64,000 bases of DNA, taken from positions 2,496,001 to 2,560,000 of the forward strand of contig OY820579.1 of the NCBI GenBank assembly GCA_963681965.1, written 5' to 3'. The DNA is from a bacterium. GTDB taxonomy: Bacteria; Electryoneota; JAOADG01. Below the pieces are notes generated by a model. It searched no databases, was not told the DNA's origin, and was given only the letters and a program-made list of their open reading frames with translations. Positions 29,173-39,028 of this stretch are shown here, piece after piece. The position numbers and the translations under genes were made by a program. Positions within the stretch are counted from its first letter, which is position 1, and each line of letters opens with the position of its first letter.

Positions 29173-29510
29173 TGAGAGTCAAATATCTGATCGATGCGCT
29201 ACTCGTCGATGATATCGCTGGCGGTCTCACCTGGAAACCGGTTGGTGTCTGGGCGGTAGAAATCGGCGCAACCACGCTGGCATTTGAGTGGAAGTACTTA
29301 CCCATTAATCCGGAACGGGATGCCGAGGCTGACCGGATTGCGACTGCGCTGGTGGAAAATGGAGTGACTGTTTTGCCAGCGGACTTTCTGGAGTATCACC
29401 AGATTGCTTACAATTCCTACACCGGACAATTCTACGGTCCGTTTGAGGGGGAGTTTGCCAACTTGCCTGCTTGTTGTGATAAAATCCTCAGATCTTTCGG
29501 TGGGGTGTGA
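29172..29510 (+). CDS. Hypothetical protein, candidate second immunity protein
   Basis: TAATG coupling; RBS GGAGG. Confidence 0.65.
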   Translation: MRVKYLIDALLVDDIAGGLTWKPVGVWAVEIGATTLAFEWKYLPINPERDAEADRIATALVENGVTVLPADFLEYHQIAYNSYTGQFYGPFEGEFANLPACCDKILRSFGGV

Positions 29511-29513
29511 TCG

Positions 29514-29729
29514 ATGCGGACGTTAATGAAATTGCTGAACGAAGTTCTGAACAAGCCATTTTTCGGAAAGATCACGATCTTTGTCAACAACGGCCGGATT
29601 TCTTCCATTGAAAAACAGGAAACCGTTCAGGTGAAAGAGGGAGGCAACAGTGAAAGCCTTACGACCATCATCGACCAGAATTCGCAGTTGTATCGCGAGC
29701 TAATTGGAGGTAATGATCTGCGAAAATGA
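29514..29729 (+). CDS. Small DUF2292-like protein
   Basis: FGKITIFVNNGRISSIEKQET. Confidence 0.5.
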   Translation: MRTLMKLLNEVLNKPFFGKITIFVNNGRISSIEKQETVQVKEGGNSESLTTIIDQNSQLYRELIGGNDLRK

Positions 29730-30034
29730 TTCGTCGAAGTACCGTATCGTTAGGTATATCAAGCTTATACAGGATTAGTTGTGTAAAAATGGACTGCGAG
29801 TACATATTTACACATGTTTTGTTGTAACCAGTTTATAATTCAGTAATTATGACGTCTGTTTTTTGCGTTGTGTTGATGTTCTTTATTCGTCTTCTCGCTC
29901 TCCAATAATAAATTGATAACGAATAATCATGTACTTAGTTTTTCTGAACGCACTTGCACACCCTTTCTTTGTTTTGTATTGTACATATACTTCGCGTTTC
30001 GCGAATTGCAAATTGAAGTTGTAAAGGAAAGACG

Positions 30035-30553
30035 ATGAAAAAGAGTTCGGTAATGAGACCGCAAGACATCGTGATTCTACTAAAGTTAGTAGCTATTCGT
30101 GATGCGGAAAAAAGAATGATTGACCTTGCGAATGAATTGTTTATCAGTCTTTCAGAAGTATCAGAATCGTTGAACCGTTCTTACATCTCTGGGTTGATAG
30201 GATCAAATAAAAGGGATGTCCATAGAAAAGCATTTCTGGAGTTTCTGATCTATGGAATTCGGTATGTTTTTCCTCAGTACCCAGGTGCAATTGTAAGAGG
30301 TATGCCTACGGCGCACTCGGCATCACCGATGAAAGAGAAGATTTCTTCGCATGCTGGCGAATATTTCGTATGGGAGGATGTCGATGGCGAAGTTCGCGGT
30401 CAAAAGATTGAACCGTTATTCATTTCAGTGCCTAAAGCTGCAAGAATCGACCACGACCTTTATGAGTTATTGACGTTAGTTGATTCCCTTCGAGTAGGTC
30501 AACCCAGGGAAATTGCTGTAGCGCAACACCTTCTCAAGGAAAGGTTTCATTAG
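30035..30553 (+). CDS. wHTH protein resembling type IV TA (AbiEi-like) antitoxins
   Basis: MRPQDIVILLKL, HTH, LLTLVDSLRVGQPRE; RBS AAGGA. Confidence 0.6.
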   Translation: MKKSSVMRPQDIVILLKLVAIRDAEKRMIDLANELFISLSEVSESLNRSYISGLIGSNKRDVHRKAFLEFLIYGIRYVFPQYPGAIVRGMPTAHSASPMKEKISSHAGEYFVWEDVDGEVRGQKIEPLFISVPKAARIDHDLYELLTLVDSLRVGQPREIAVAQHLLKERFH

Positions 30554-30555
30554 TT

Positions 30556-31011
30556 TTAATGTGATAATTGACGAGCGTTGTGTCTTGTAGATTGGGAATT
30601 GCTTTTAGACCTCGTCCCAACAGCGCTTGATCGTTTCTTACCCGAACTTGTTTCGAACAAGTATGAAACTGGAATGCCCAATCCTTCGTGGATAGCGCTG
30701 ATCATTTTCTTGCTAAGTTCGCGCTTGCCAGATAGCACTTCATACACTCGTGTTCTTGTCCCAATGAATGGAATGAGATCCTTGTTGGTTAATCCCTGTT
30801 GTTCCATCACGAATCGGATCATTTCAATCGGGGAAACTTTCAAATCTCTCATTGAGCTGTGCGCATCGTCGAAGTGTTGCATTAGAACAGCAATTAACTC
30901 AATCTCATTTGCTTCGGGTGAATTAGGTTGCGGATCGAGCGCAATCAAGCTGTCCATCTCGTTGAGAGCAGCCTGGTAATCTTCCGCAGTTTTAATTAGT
31001 TTCAGTTCCAT
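30556..31011 (-). CDS. higA: HigA antitoxin (XRE HTH)
   Basis: IKTAEDYQAAL, PIEMIRFVMEQQGL..GTRTRVYEVLSGKRELS. Confidence 0.9.
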   Translation of the reverse strand: MELKLIKTAEDYQAALNEMDSLIALDPQPNSPEANEIELIAVLMQHFDDAHSSMRDLKVSPIEMIRFVMEQQGLTNKDLIPFIGTRTRVYEVLSGKRELSKKMISAIHEGLGIPVSYLFETSSGKKRSSAVGTRSKSNSQSTRHNARQLSH

Positions 31012-31019
31012 AGTTTCCC

Positions 31020-31307
31020 CTATCCTAACCTAAGTTTATCATACTCCGCGTGCGTTCCAATCCAAACGACTCGCACGACACCAGCAACATACACTACCTG
31101 TACTACCAACCGATGCTTGTTTCCACGTATGTTAAATATGACACGGTTATCGTGTAGGAAACTAGCAGTCGCGAACCTAAGCTTAATATCATGAGTGGTT
31201 TTCCACTCTGCTTCGGTTATCAGCATAACCCACGCTTTCAAAGCAATGGCTACGTCAGCATGAGATCGGCAATAGTCGTCGATTAGTTTCCGGTTTGCGA
31301 TTAACAT
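31020..31307 (-). CDS. higB: HigB toxin (mRNA interferase)
   Basis: RVIFNIRGNKHRLV..WIGTHAEYDK. Confidence 0.92.
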   Translation of the reverse strand: MLIANRKLIDDYCRSHADVAIALKAWVMLITEAEWKTTHDIKLRFATASFLHDNRVIFNIRGNKHRLVVQVVYVAGVVRVVWIGTHAEYDKLRLG

Positions 31308-31396
31308 GCTACAATATAATACGTACCCATTTTGGGAACAAGTGGTAAACGTGTAAATTCTGATTTTGTTTTCAGCGTATGTTCATAGCGGGGTTC

Positions 31397-31425
31397 TTGA
31401 CAGAGAGTTCCGGTTTTCGTAAATT
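31397..31425 (+). promoter_or_regulatory. Sigma70-type promoter for the head operon
   Basis: TTGACA-17 bp-TAAATT. Confidence 0.6.
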
Positions 31426-31482
31426 GATTGTGACATTATTCGCCCCATAAGGGGAAAGCGCTGGTAGCGGGAAACACCCAAC

Positions 31483-31532
31483 CCGGCATCATACTTCTGA
31501 GGAAGAGGTATGGTGCCGGTTTTTTTGTTTTT
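31483..31532 (+). terminator. Terminator/attenuator hairpin in the leader of the head operon
   Basis: CCGGCATCATAC / GTATGGTGCCGG 12-bp stem (one G-U pair) followed by a T-tract. Confidence 0.7.
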
Positions 31533-31542
31533 AGGAAAATTG

Positions 31543-34035
31543 ATGCACCTCGATTCGCAAATTCGTTACTTGCTCCAGACTCATGCTGAACTGCGTTCAG
31601 TAGCTCAGGATAAGGCTGAACAGGTTTCGTACGTAACCAATTACATCGGCTCGAAACAAAAACTTGTCGAGTGGATTTGGTCACACACCCCCCACGGTGT
31701 GCAGAGTGTGCTTGATGCGTTCAGTGGCAGCTCCGTTGTTGGTTATATGTATAAGCGGCAGGGCTTGCGGGTCGTGGCTAACGACCGTTTGAAGTACGCA
31801 TTTCACATCGCCCGGGCGATCATTGAGAACAACGATACGACTCTTTCAGAAGGCGATATCGATGGATTGCTCGCGGATAACTCAAAGGCGCGAACCTTTG
31901 TCCAGGACAACTTCAAGGGGTTGTTCTTCGCCAAAGGTGTGCATGCAGCTATCGATAACATTCGCACCAACATAGATGATCTGCGCGGGTACAAAAAGGA
32001 TATCGCACTGTTCGCACTTGCGAAAGCGTGCATCAGTGGCAAGGGCGGTTTCGGCCATTTCCAATCGTCGGTACGGTACGGAAAATTCGAAGATACTCTG
32101 GATGAATTCACCAAGCGATTCCGCGATAACTGTGCGACGATCAACCAGCTCGTGTACGACAACGGCAAAGAGAATCGTGCCGAAAACTCCACCATCGATG
32201 AGTTGCTTCCCGGTGTTAAAGTTGATCTAGCCTATTTCGATCCACCGTATGCGACCGAGTTCTCGACCACCAATTACGAAAGCTATTACCACTTTGTCGA
32301 AGGACTGATGACCTATTGGGACGGTCTGACTATCAATATCGATAGTGCCACCCACAAGTTCATTGAAACCGGTGAACAGACGGTAACGCAGGCATCTGCC
32401 GAAGCATTTTTTGAGACGTTTCTGAAGAGTGCCGCTGGTATCGGATGCTGGATCATTTCTTATCGCGATCATGCCTTTCCCAACGAAGCGAAGATCAAAT
32501 CTCTAATTGCGGATTCCGGTAAAGTGTCCCGAATGTTTTCGAAGGATCACTCTTACCAGCTCGCCGGAAACGACCGTCGTGGCGATGCCTCACAAGCCAA
32601 AGAGCGGATATTCGTCTGCGGACCAACTGAGACAGCAATACGAGTTGTAGCAGATTTGGAAGAGGAAGTATCTCAAACTTCACAGGGAGTATCTGAGCAA
32701 TTTCCAGCAAGTGGTTTTCGTGACGAGAAACACTGCAAAGCAACGATCACTGCCAATATCAAGTTGGTTGCCGATGCGAAAGTCGCCGGTGTCGCTGATA
32801 CAGATCCTGAGTTTGTATTTGTACTAACGCACGTCGGCACCAATCTCAACGGTGATAATTTCACTCGCGACGAACTGATCAAAGCTGCACCTACTGCGAT
32901 TTCACGCAAAGTCGATCTCAAACATTCGCAGGATCTCACTGACATCGTCGGTGGCATTACCGATTCCCAGTGGAAAGATGAAGAGGGCGGTTTGATAGAA
33001 TGTACCGGTCGTCTCTTTGTTTCTGATAATCCGCACGCCCAGCTCGCTTACCGGCTCATGAAGGAAGGGATCGTCAAGCAGGTCTCAATGGAATGCCAGT
33101 ACGATGCAGGTGAGTGTTCGATCTGTGGAAAGAAATTCTCTTCTAAGGCTGACTACTGCATCCATCTCCGCAAATACAAAGGTGCCACTTATCAGGGAAA
33201 ACCGGTATTTGAAATCCTGCGTGGTGTCGTGTTTACCGGTGTGGGATTGCTTTCCGATAAAGGTGCCGACGAACGTGCGGTAATCCGTTCCGTTGCTGCA
33301 ACTGGAGACAAAATGAAAACACAGGCATTGTCTTTTTCCGAATATTTCCTCCAGCAACAGCGCAGTATGACGCTGTGGGACGTCGTGGGAGGATTACAAA
33401 GTTATCTGGGCGACCTACTTGGCAAAGTGAAGAATGAAGACCTCACCAACGACCAGGCCTTTGAACTGATGCAGAGTGGTGTTGAGCAATTTCGTTCCTC
33501 GCTGGAGGAGCTGTTTCAAAATCCAGCCGATTTACCAACTGTGGAGGCAAAGAAAATGAGTGATCAGAAACCACCGGAAACCCCTCCGGCGAGTGAGGCA
33601 GCTCCGGCAAGCGAACAGATCAAGACGCTGACGCAGGAGAATGCCGATTTGAAAAAGCAGGTCGAAGAGCTGGCGAAGCAACTTGACACGCTGAAGAAAG
33701 CTGCTGCTCAAGAAAAAGCGAAGGCAAAAGCGACGGAATTAGTGAAACGATTCGAACTCAAGGGTCGCACGTTCGCCAATGATACCGAGCGGGAAGCTGA
33801 GATTGAACGTCTATCAGCGCTTTCTGAAGATGCGCTCGCTGCAGTCGAAAACAGTCTTGCCGTTATCCCGGACATGAGTGCGCAGGCGAATCGCCAGCCG
33901 GTACTCAAAACCGATGCCGGTGTAAAGCCGGTCAATGTTCCCGATGCACCTCCCGGTGATTCACTGGGCAGCGAGCTGAAGGAAGGGATTCTGGCTGCTT
34001 ACAAACACAATCGTGGCGAACCGGTAAACCCCTAA
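31543..34035 (+). CDS. Fusion of D12-class N6-adenine DNA methyltransferase, prohead protease and scaffold
   Basis: NYIGSK, LDAFSGS, DPPY; then NLNGDNF..DLKH..VSMEC..CSIC..GADERA protease; coiled-coil C-terminus; upstream of the capsid genes. Confidence 0.85.
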   Translation: MHLDSQIRYLLQTHAELRSVAQDKAEQVSYVTNYIGSKQKLVEWIWSHTPHGVQSVLDAFSGSSVVGYMYKRQGLRVVANDRLKYAFHIARAIIENNDTTLSEGDIDGLLADNSKARTFVQDNFKGLFFAKGVHAAIDNIRTNIDDLRGYKKDIALFALAKACISGKGGFGHFQSSVRYGKFEDTLDEFTKRFRDNCATINQLVYDNGKENRAENSTIDELLPGVKVDLAYFDPPYATEFSTTNYESYYHFVEGLMTYWDGLTINIDSATHKFIETGEQTVTQASAEAFFETFLKSAAGIGCWIISYRDHAFPNEAKIKSLIADSGKVSRMFSKDHSYQLAGNDRRGDASQAKERIFVCGPTETAIRVVADLEEEVSQTSQGVSEQFPASGFRDEKHCKATITANIKLVADAKVAGVADTDPEFVFVLTHVGTNLNGDNFTRDELIKAAPTAISRKVDLKHSQDLTDIVGGITDSQWKDEEGGLIECTGRLFVSDNPHAQLAYRLMKEGIVKQVSMECQYDAGECSICGKKFSSKADYCIHLRKYKGATYQGKPVFEILRGVVFTGVGLLSDKGADERAVIRSVAATGDKMKTQALSFSEYFLQQQRSMTLWDVVGGLQSYLGDLLGKVKNEDLTNDQAFELMQSGVEQFRSSLEELFQNPADLPTVEAKKMSDQKPPETPPASEAAPASEQIKTLTQENADLKKQVEELAKQLDTLKKAAAQEKAKAKATELVKRFELKGRTFANDTEREAEIERLSALSEDALAAVENSLAVIPDMSAQANRQPVLKTDAGVKPVNVPDAPPGDSLGSELKEGILAAYKHNRGEPVNP

Positions 34036-34053
34036 CCTGGAGCAAAGTCTCTT

Positions 34054-34473
34054 ATGGCAAACTATCTCAATGCCACCTTGCCGGGAATTGCCTACGGCAA
34101 TGGCGAACTGCAGGGTCCGGGTAACCCCGGGCAAATCGTGAAGTTGATCGGTAACGATCTCTTCGCTGTAGTCAGTAATGCGAACGATGAACCGTTTGGC
34201 ATCATCGGACGCACCAACCGCACCAAGAATTCACCGACCCCGGGACCGAATGACAAGGTACTGGCAGTGGTGTTTGTTGGCGACGGTATCTACGAAACCG
34301 ACAATTTTTCCGGTTCGATCACAGCCGGTGATGCGCTCACCTTCGATGCGACGCTCGGCAACCTGAAAGTTGCTGGCGCCGGAAGCCAGATTATCGGTCG
34401 TGCGCTGTCGGTATCGGATGGGCTTTTGAAGTTTCAGTGGACGAATCACGGGACCAGTGTCCCCTCGGCGTAA
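34054..34473 (+). CDS. Capsid decoration/cement protein
   Basis: Small Gly-rich beta protein between scaffold and major capsid. Confidence 0.65.
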   Translation: MANYLNATLPGIAYGNGELQGPGNPGQIVKLIGNDLFAVVSNANDEPFGIIGRTNRTKNSPTPGPNDKVLAVVFVGDGIYETDNFSGSITAGDALTFDATLGNLKVAGAGSQIIGRALSVSDGLLKFQWTNHGTSVPSA

Positions 34474-34483
34474 GGAGTAATCA

Positions 34484-35350
34484 ATGAATAGCACCGAAGT
34501 GAACTCCCGCGAATTCATGGAGAAAATGGGTCGATTGATGACCCGTTCTCTGGAGAGTCCGGAGGGAATGAAAGCGATGGCGGAAGCGATTGCTCCCCCG
34601 ATTGAGATGGAACTCAACCGCAGGATCATTACGCCGTTGCTCTTGACCGAACACCCGTTACCTCCCGGACAACCAGCGAAGTACCAGAAGGTTGCCGGTA
34701 TCAAGGCACATTGGATCGCCACTGGTGGACAGGTGGTTTCCAGTGAAATTGCGGACAATGACGAAGTTGAATTTCCGGTGGACCGTATCCCGGCAAATCC
34801 GATGGTCGATATCTCGGCATTGCAGAGTGGCAACGTCGGCACGCTGACAGACCACCAGAACAAAGCCGCCGATGCCATCCGCAAGGAAATTGATAAACGG
34901 ACGATGGCACTACTTTCGGCTGCCGTTCCCCAGTCGAACATCGTGACCATTACCAGCGGTGGGAAGCTCACCGAAACCGCCTTTTATCAGGCAATCGCCA
35001 AGGTTGAGGATCTCGAACTCAATCCGCGATACATCGTGATGCGTGGTGCCCGAATGGCCGATCTCAAGAGCTGGTCGAATCTCGATCAACAGTCCAATCG
35101 TGAGCTGTTCGAGAAGGGTGTCGTCAAGTCGATGGGTGGCGCTGGTCTGATCAATACCGCCAGTGCGTCGCTGTCGGAAGTGATTCTGATCCCCGATTAC
35201 GAAATCGGAAAGTATGCGATCCGGACTGCAATCACCGCCGAACCGTACAAGGATGTGCAGAAATTCAAGGTTGGCTGGGTCGTCTGGCTCGAGTGTGCGC
35301 TTGGCATTACCCGTCCCGATTTGTTGTTCAAAATCGTCATCAACGGTTAA
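34484..35350 (+). CDS. Major capsid protein (HK97 fold)
   Basis: Size, position, and C-terminal GWVVWLECALGITRP. Confidence 0.82.
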   Translation: MNSTEVNSREFMEKMGRLMTRSLESPEGMKAMAEAIAPPIEMELNRRIITPLLLTEHPLPPGQPAKYQKVAGIKAHWIATGGQVVSSEIADNDEVEFPVDRIPANPMVDISALQSGNVGTLTDHQNKAADAIRKEIDKRTMALLSAAVPQSNIVTITSGGKLTETAFYQAIAKVEDLELNPRYIVMRGARMADLKSWSNLDQQSNRELFEKGVVKSMGGAGLINTASASLSEVILIPDYEIGKYAIRTAITAEPYKDVQKFKVGWVVWLECALGITRPDLLFKIVING

Positions 35351-35354
35351 TCCG

Positions 35355-35555
35355 ATGGCACAGATCAAAAATAGTTCCGGGACGACGTTGGTGTTCCCTT
35401 CGGGTTTAGTCTTGCTGCCGGACGCATCGCATTCTCCGAGTCGTTTGACTCCCGAGTTAAGCGATGCGCTGGCAAGCGGACTGCTTACCGAAGAGAAACC
35501 GATGGAAGCGACCGGCGAAGTAGAAACGACAACAACCGGTAAGAAAAAGAAATGA
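35355..35555 (+). CDS. Small head-associated protein
   Basis: Follows the capsid gene; Lys-rich end; coupled to the next gene. Confidence 0.55.
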   Translation: MAQIKNSSGTTLVFPSGLVLLPDASHSPSRLTPELSDALASGLLTEEKPMEATGEVETTTTGKKKK

Positions 35556-35980
35556 CACCGTTGTCCGAACTCACGGCGAAATTGCGTCTCGACTACCATG
35601 ATACGCTGAGTGATCCGGCACACGATCTGTCGGACGAGCAATTGTGTCGTTGTATCGAACGGGGATTGCTGTTCCTGAATCGCGACTTCGCTGCAGTCTA
35701 TACGGTGACTGGTGATTCAATCGACCCTGTATTGACGATGGAACACCGCGAACTGCTTTTGCTCAGTTCGCTCGCACTGGTTTGTGAAACGATGGCAGCA
35801 AAATCGTCGCGGCAGGTTTCATTCTCTTCCGGCGATAAATCGGTGACGCATGGCGATGAAGCTCGTATCTGGCTCGCACTGGGTGAGCGCAGTATGTCGA
35901 GATACGATGCCGCAGTTGAGGCTTGGACAGGTGGAGTCGGCAGCCTGCAGCCATTGCTGTATGGTGATTCGGAGTCATGA
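35552..35980 (+). CDS. Head-tail adaptor protein
   Basis: LRLDYHD..LSDEQL, SFSSGDKSV; position. Confidence 0.65.
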   Translation: MTPLSELTAKLRLDYHDTLSDPAHDLSDEQLCRCIERGLLFLNRDFAAVYTVTGDSIDPVLTMEHRELLLLSSLALVCETMAAKSSRQVSFSSGDKSVTHGDEARIWLALGERSMSRYDAAVEAWTGGVGSLQPLLYGDSES

Positions 35981-36351
35981 CAACTTTTCTGACCATCGCA
36001 CAAGCGAATCAGATTCTTGCCGACATGAAAGTGCTCATTGAAAGTAGCGGCGAATCGGCAACTCGCTCCCGGCAGGTAATAAACCCGGTGTTATACGGTG
36101 GGCAACCTATCGGTGAATCGATCGACCAGATTACTTTTCCAATCCTGCGCAAGCAACTGCCGGAAAGCGATCTGACCGTTTCAGGTAATGCATTCGTGAT
36201 TTCGGTGTTACCGGAGATCGATATCGGTGAAATTGATATCGTCACAATTGGCAGTACGCATTACGGAGTCGTGGAAGTAACGCAGCACAATCTGTTCGGG
36301 GTCATAACGCATCTGGATGTAAAACTGGAACCGTACCGGAGCAATCAGTGA
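35977..36351 (+). CDS. Head closure/stopper protein
   Basis: Position and beta-rich profile. Confidence 0.55.
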   Translation: MTTFLTIAQANQILADMKVLIESSGESATRSRQVINPVLYGGQPIGESIDQITFPILRKQLPESDLTVSGNAFVISVLPEIDIGEIDIVTIGSTHYGVVEVTQHNLFGVITHLDVKLEPYRSNQ

Positions 36352-36821
36352 AAATTGTCGTCGACACTCGTGCATTTGCTAAGAGCAAAGCGGTGCTTCG
36401 CAAGCATCCGTTGTTGCTGCAAGCTGCATTACAGAGTGCGATGGTGACGCTTGCCGAGGATGTTCGTAAGGTTGCGGTGACTAAACTTCGTGATAGTGGT
36501 GCAGTCGATTCCGGTTTACTGATGAACAGTATTTCGGTAGTCCCGGAAAGTAAACGGAAACTTACTGTCGGCACCAATGTCGCGTATGCGGCTGCTGTGG
36601 AATTTGGTGCACGGGGTCACTGGCTCCATATCGATTCCGTTCCTGGTATGAGGCTCTGGCTCAAACGTCATGGAATACCGGGGTGGAATACGAGGAAGTT
36701 TTTCTATGTAGCACCCAAGCCGCGTCCCTATTTCGAACCGGCATTTGTGCATGGAAAAGCGGTTGCACCAAAAGTGATCGAAGTGGCATTTGGTAATGTG
36801 TTACTGGGACTCCATTCGTGA
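36348..36821 (+). CDS. HK97 gp10-like neck/tail completion protein
   Basis: VDSGLLMNSI..VGTNVAYAAAVEFG..PRPYFEPA. Confidence 0.85.
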   Translation: MKIVVDTRAFAKSKAVLRKHPLLLQAALQSAMVTLAEDVRKVAVTKLRDSGAVDSGLLMNSISVVPESKRKLTVGTNVAYAAAVEFGARGHWLHIDSVPGMRLWLKRHGIPGWNTRKFFYVAPKPRPYFEPAFVHGKAVAPKVIEVAFGNVLLGLHS

Positions 36822-37348
36822 AGCTAGAACTCGCATTAGCGCAGTGGATTACTAGTAATCATCCAGAGCTGCATGTGTTCAAGGATGATTTGGCGCATAC
36901 GGCAGCCGGGTATCCCTATCCACTTCTGCTCATTACTGAAATTGATGCTAGGCGCATGCAGATCGGAACGGGACCATACGATGTAGTGGATGGTTCTACC
37001 GAGCAAAAATGGTGGAATGTTGACAGGACGTTGCGGTTTACAATGCGCTCACCGGCAGATAAACAACATGATGGCAACACGATTGTACATGCGCTGATTG
37101 AGCAGATCGACAATGAGCTGCAGTCGCTTTTTCGTACCGGATCGGTCGACTTACTACTGGGCGATGATTCAGTACACGTCGCAATGGCGAATCACGCAGG
37201 TTTTCATGAGCTGCCTGCTATCACCGATAAGTTGCCATTCGTGTATCAGCGAGCACTGTCATGGCGTTTTCAGGAAATGACCTGTCAGGAGTTTGAAGGA
37301 GTGCCTCCACTGATCGCGGTGCATTTCGAGATGGGAGATTTCGAGTAA
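36818..37348 (+). CDS. Tail terminator-like protein
   Basis: Position before the sheath; YPYP motif. Confidence 0.55.
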   Translation: MKLELALAQWITSNHPELHVFKDDLAHTAAGYPYPLLLITEIDARRMQIGTGPYDVVDGSTEQKWWNVDRTLRFTMRSPADKQHDGNTIVHALIEQIDNELQSLFRTGSVDLLLGDDSVHVAMANHAGFHELPAITDKLPFVYQRALSWRFQEMTCQEFEGVPPLIAVHFEMGDFE

Positions 37349-37590
37349 TGAACAGACGTACGAACGGGGATTCTGAACCGGTAACCGACTTGATCGCTCC
37401 CGTTGAAACGACAATTACTGTCGCTCCGGAGTATCGGGTGAATGTGTTGCTTCCCGAATTAAAGCAGTATCCGACCCATGTCATGAACGCCGTACTGGCG
37501 CAGCATGGATTGACACCGATGAGTTTGATTTCGAAGACGCGCCTCGTCGAATTGATCGAGTCGTGGTTAAAGGGGGATGCCAATGGCTGA
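37348..37590 (+). CDS. Hypothetical tail-region protein
   Basis: Coupled on both sides. Confidence 0.55.
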   Translation: MNRRTNGDSEPVTDLIAPVETTITVAPEYRVNVLLPELKQYPTHVMNAVLAQHGLTPMSLISKTRLVELIESWLKGDANG

Positions 37591-39007
37591 CCGCATTATC
37601 AAGAATGTGTACACAGATTATAAGTCGGGTCCGGTGGTCCCTTCCGTCATCCCGACCAACATCGAGTTCTGTGCAGGCACCGCCAAGCGGGGTCTGCTTG
37701 AACATGTCTATCAAGTGTCGGATAAGGCGACCGCGAAGGAACTCTTCGGTAGTGGCGAATTGCTGAAAGCGCTGGAAGAGAAGATCGACGCTTCGCAAGG
37801 ATCGGCAGTCCTGTATGTACTTCGTATCGCGGGTGCCACTGCTGCCGCCGCGACCTCCAATCTGATGGATGCGACTTCCGGCACTGCCATTCCCGCAATT
37901 GTCCTCACGGCAAAGGAAAAGGGGACGTGGTTTAATAGTGACCGAGTGAACGTCGATGTGATCGCCGATTCGAACGACCGCACCATCGTAATTACCATCG
38001 GTGAACAGATTTATCGCTTCACAGGTACGACCAATACTGCCCTGGTAGAATCGATCAACGGCAACAGTAACTGCCCAGTTAAGGCTGTCGTTGCCAGTGG
38101 TTCACCTACGGTGGTGAAAGCGCAAACTGGTGTACACCTAGCTGGTGGGGACGACGGTGATACACTCGCCAACAGTGATTACACCAATGCGATCACACTT
38201 TCCGAAACATACACCGATGCGGCATGGGTGCATTTCGTCGGTGCGACCTCGGTTGCGCTCTGGACTTCGATCCTTACTTCCTGCGCCAACATGATTGCCA
38301 GTAATCGTGGTGAACGATTCGCCATTCTCGATTTTCCGACGATTACGGCAGTCGACAAAATGCAACCGACTGCTGCCGAAATTGTCACTTATCTCGCTTC
38401 TTGCAAGACCTTGTACGATGCGGTTCGCGACCGTAATGCAGTGTTCTGTGTCGGCGAAGGGAAGTTCATCGCTTCCGATGGCACCGTCTATACCAACCGG
38501 CTCACCAATACACTGACTGGACTACTCGCCAATATCGATATCCAGAAGAGTTTGCTGGGTGAAAAGCCAGTCAACTTGATCAATCTCACTACCCATTTCA
38601 CCAATGCGCAGCAGACTTCGTTGGTGACCGAAGGTATCAATTACTTCCGGTTCCAACCGGGATTTGGCACCATCGTAGCGTTGTCGCAGAATCGTTGTCC
38701 GGTGGGTGATACTTACAACCGGGTTGAGAAACTTCGCGCGGTCTACACCGCCGGGAAGAAATGCCGGGCGGCAGCGTTCCCACATCTCGGTCGTCCCAAC
38801 GATTCACAGGGGCATGGCATCAAGTTGCTCGAAACCGACATGAAGAAACCACTCCAGATCATGCAGGATGCCGGGCAGATCGACAGTTACGATCTCTTCA
38901 TCGAATGCACACAAGAAATGCGCGATCTCGGTGAAGCTCGCGTCGTGCTCACTGTGAATTCGATGAAGGCGTTCGAGATCATCCTTAACGAAATCTACCT
39001 GCAGTAA
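37577..39007 (+). CDS. Tail sheath protein
   Basis: GTAKRG, ELFGSGEL, YVLRI, TAKEKGTWFN, LAGGDDG, GINY. Confidence 0.85.
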   Translation: MPMADRIIKNVYTDYKSGPVVPSVIPTNIEFCAGTAKRGLLEHVYQVSDKATAKELFGSGELLKALEEKIDASQGSAVLYVLRIAGATAAAATSNLMDATSGTAIPAIVLTAKEKGTWFNSDRVNVDVIADSNDRTIVITIGEQIYRFTGTTNTALVESINGNSNCPVKAVVASGSPTVVKAQTGVHLAGGDDGDTLANSDYTNAITLSETYTDAAWVHFVGATSVALWTSILTSCANMIASNRGERFAILDFPTITAVDKMQPTAAEIVTYLASCKTLYDAVRDRNAVFCVGEGKFIASDGTVYTNRLTNTLTGLLANIDIQKSLLGEKPVNLINLTTHFTNAQQTSLVTEGINYFRFQPGFGTIVALSQNRCPVGDTYNRVEKLRAVYTAGKKCRAAAFPHLGRPNDSQGHGIKLLETDMKKPLQIMQDAGQIDSYDLFIECTQEMRDLGEARVVLTVNSMKAFEIILNEIYLQ

Positions 39008-39028
39008 GCGGAGAAAGGACGCATAGAT

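Noticed and set aside
34231-35641. Long minus-strand ORFs (246 and 243 aa) over the capsid genes
   Set aside because: Antisense shadows of well-supported structural genes.
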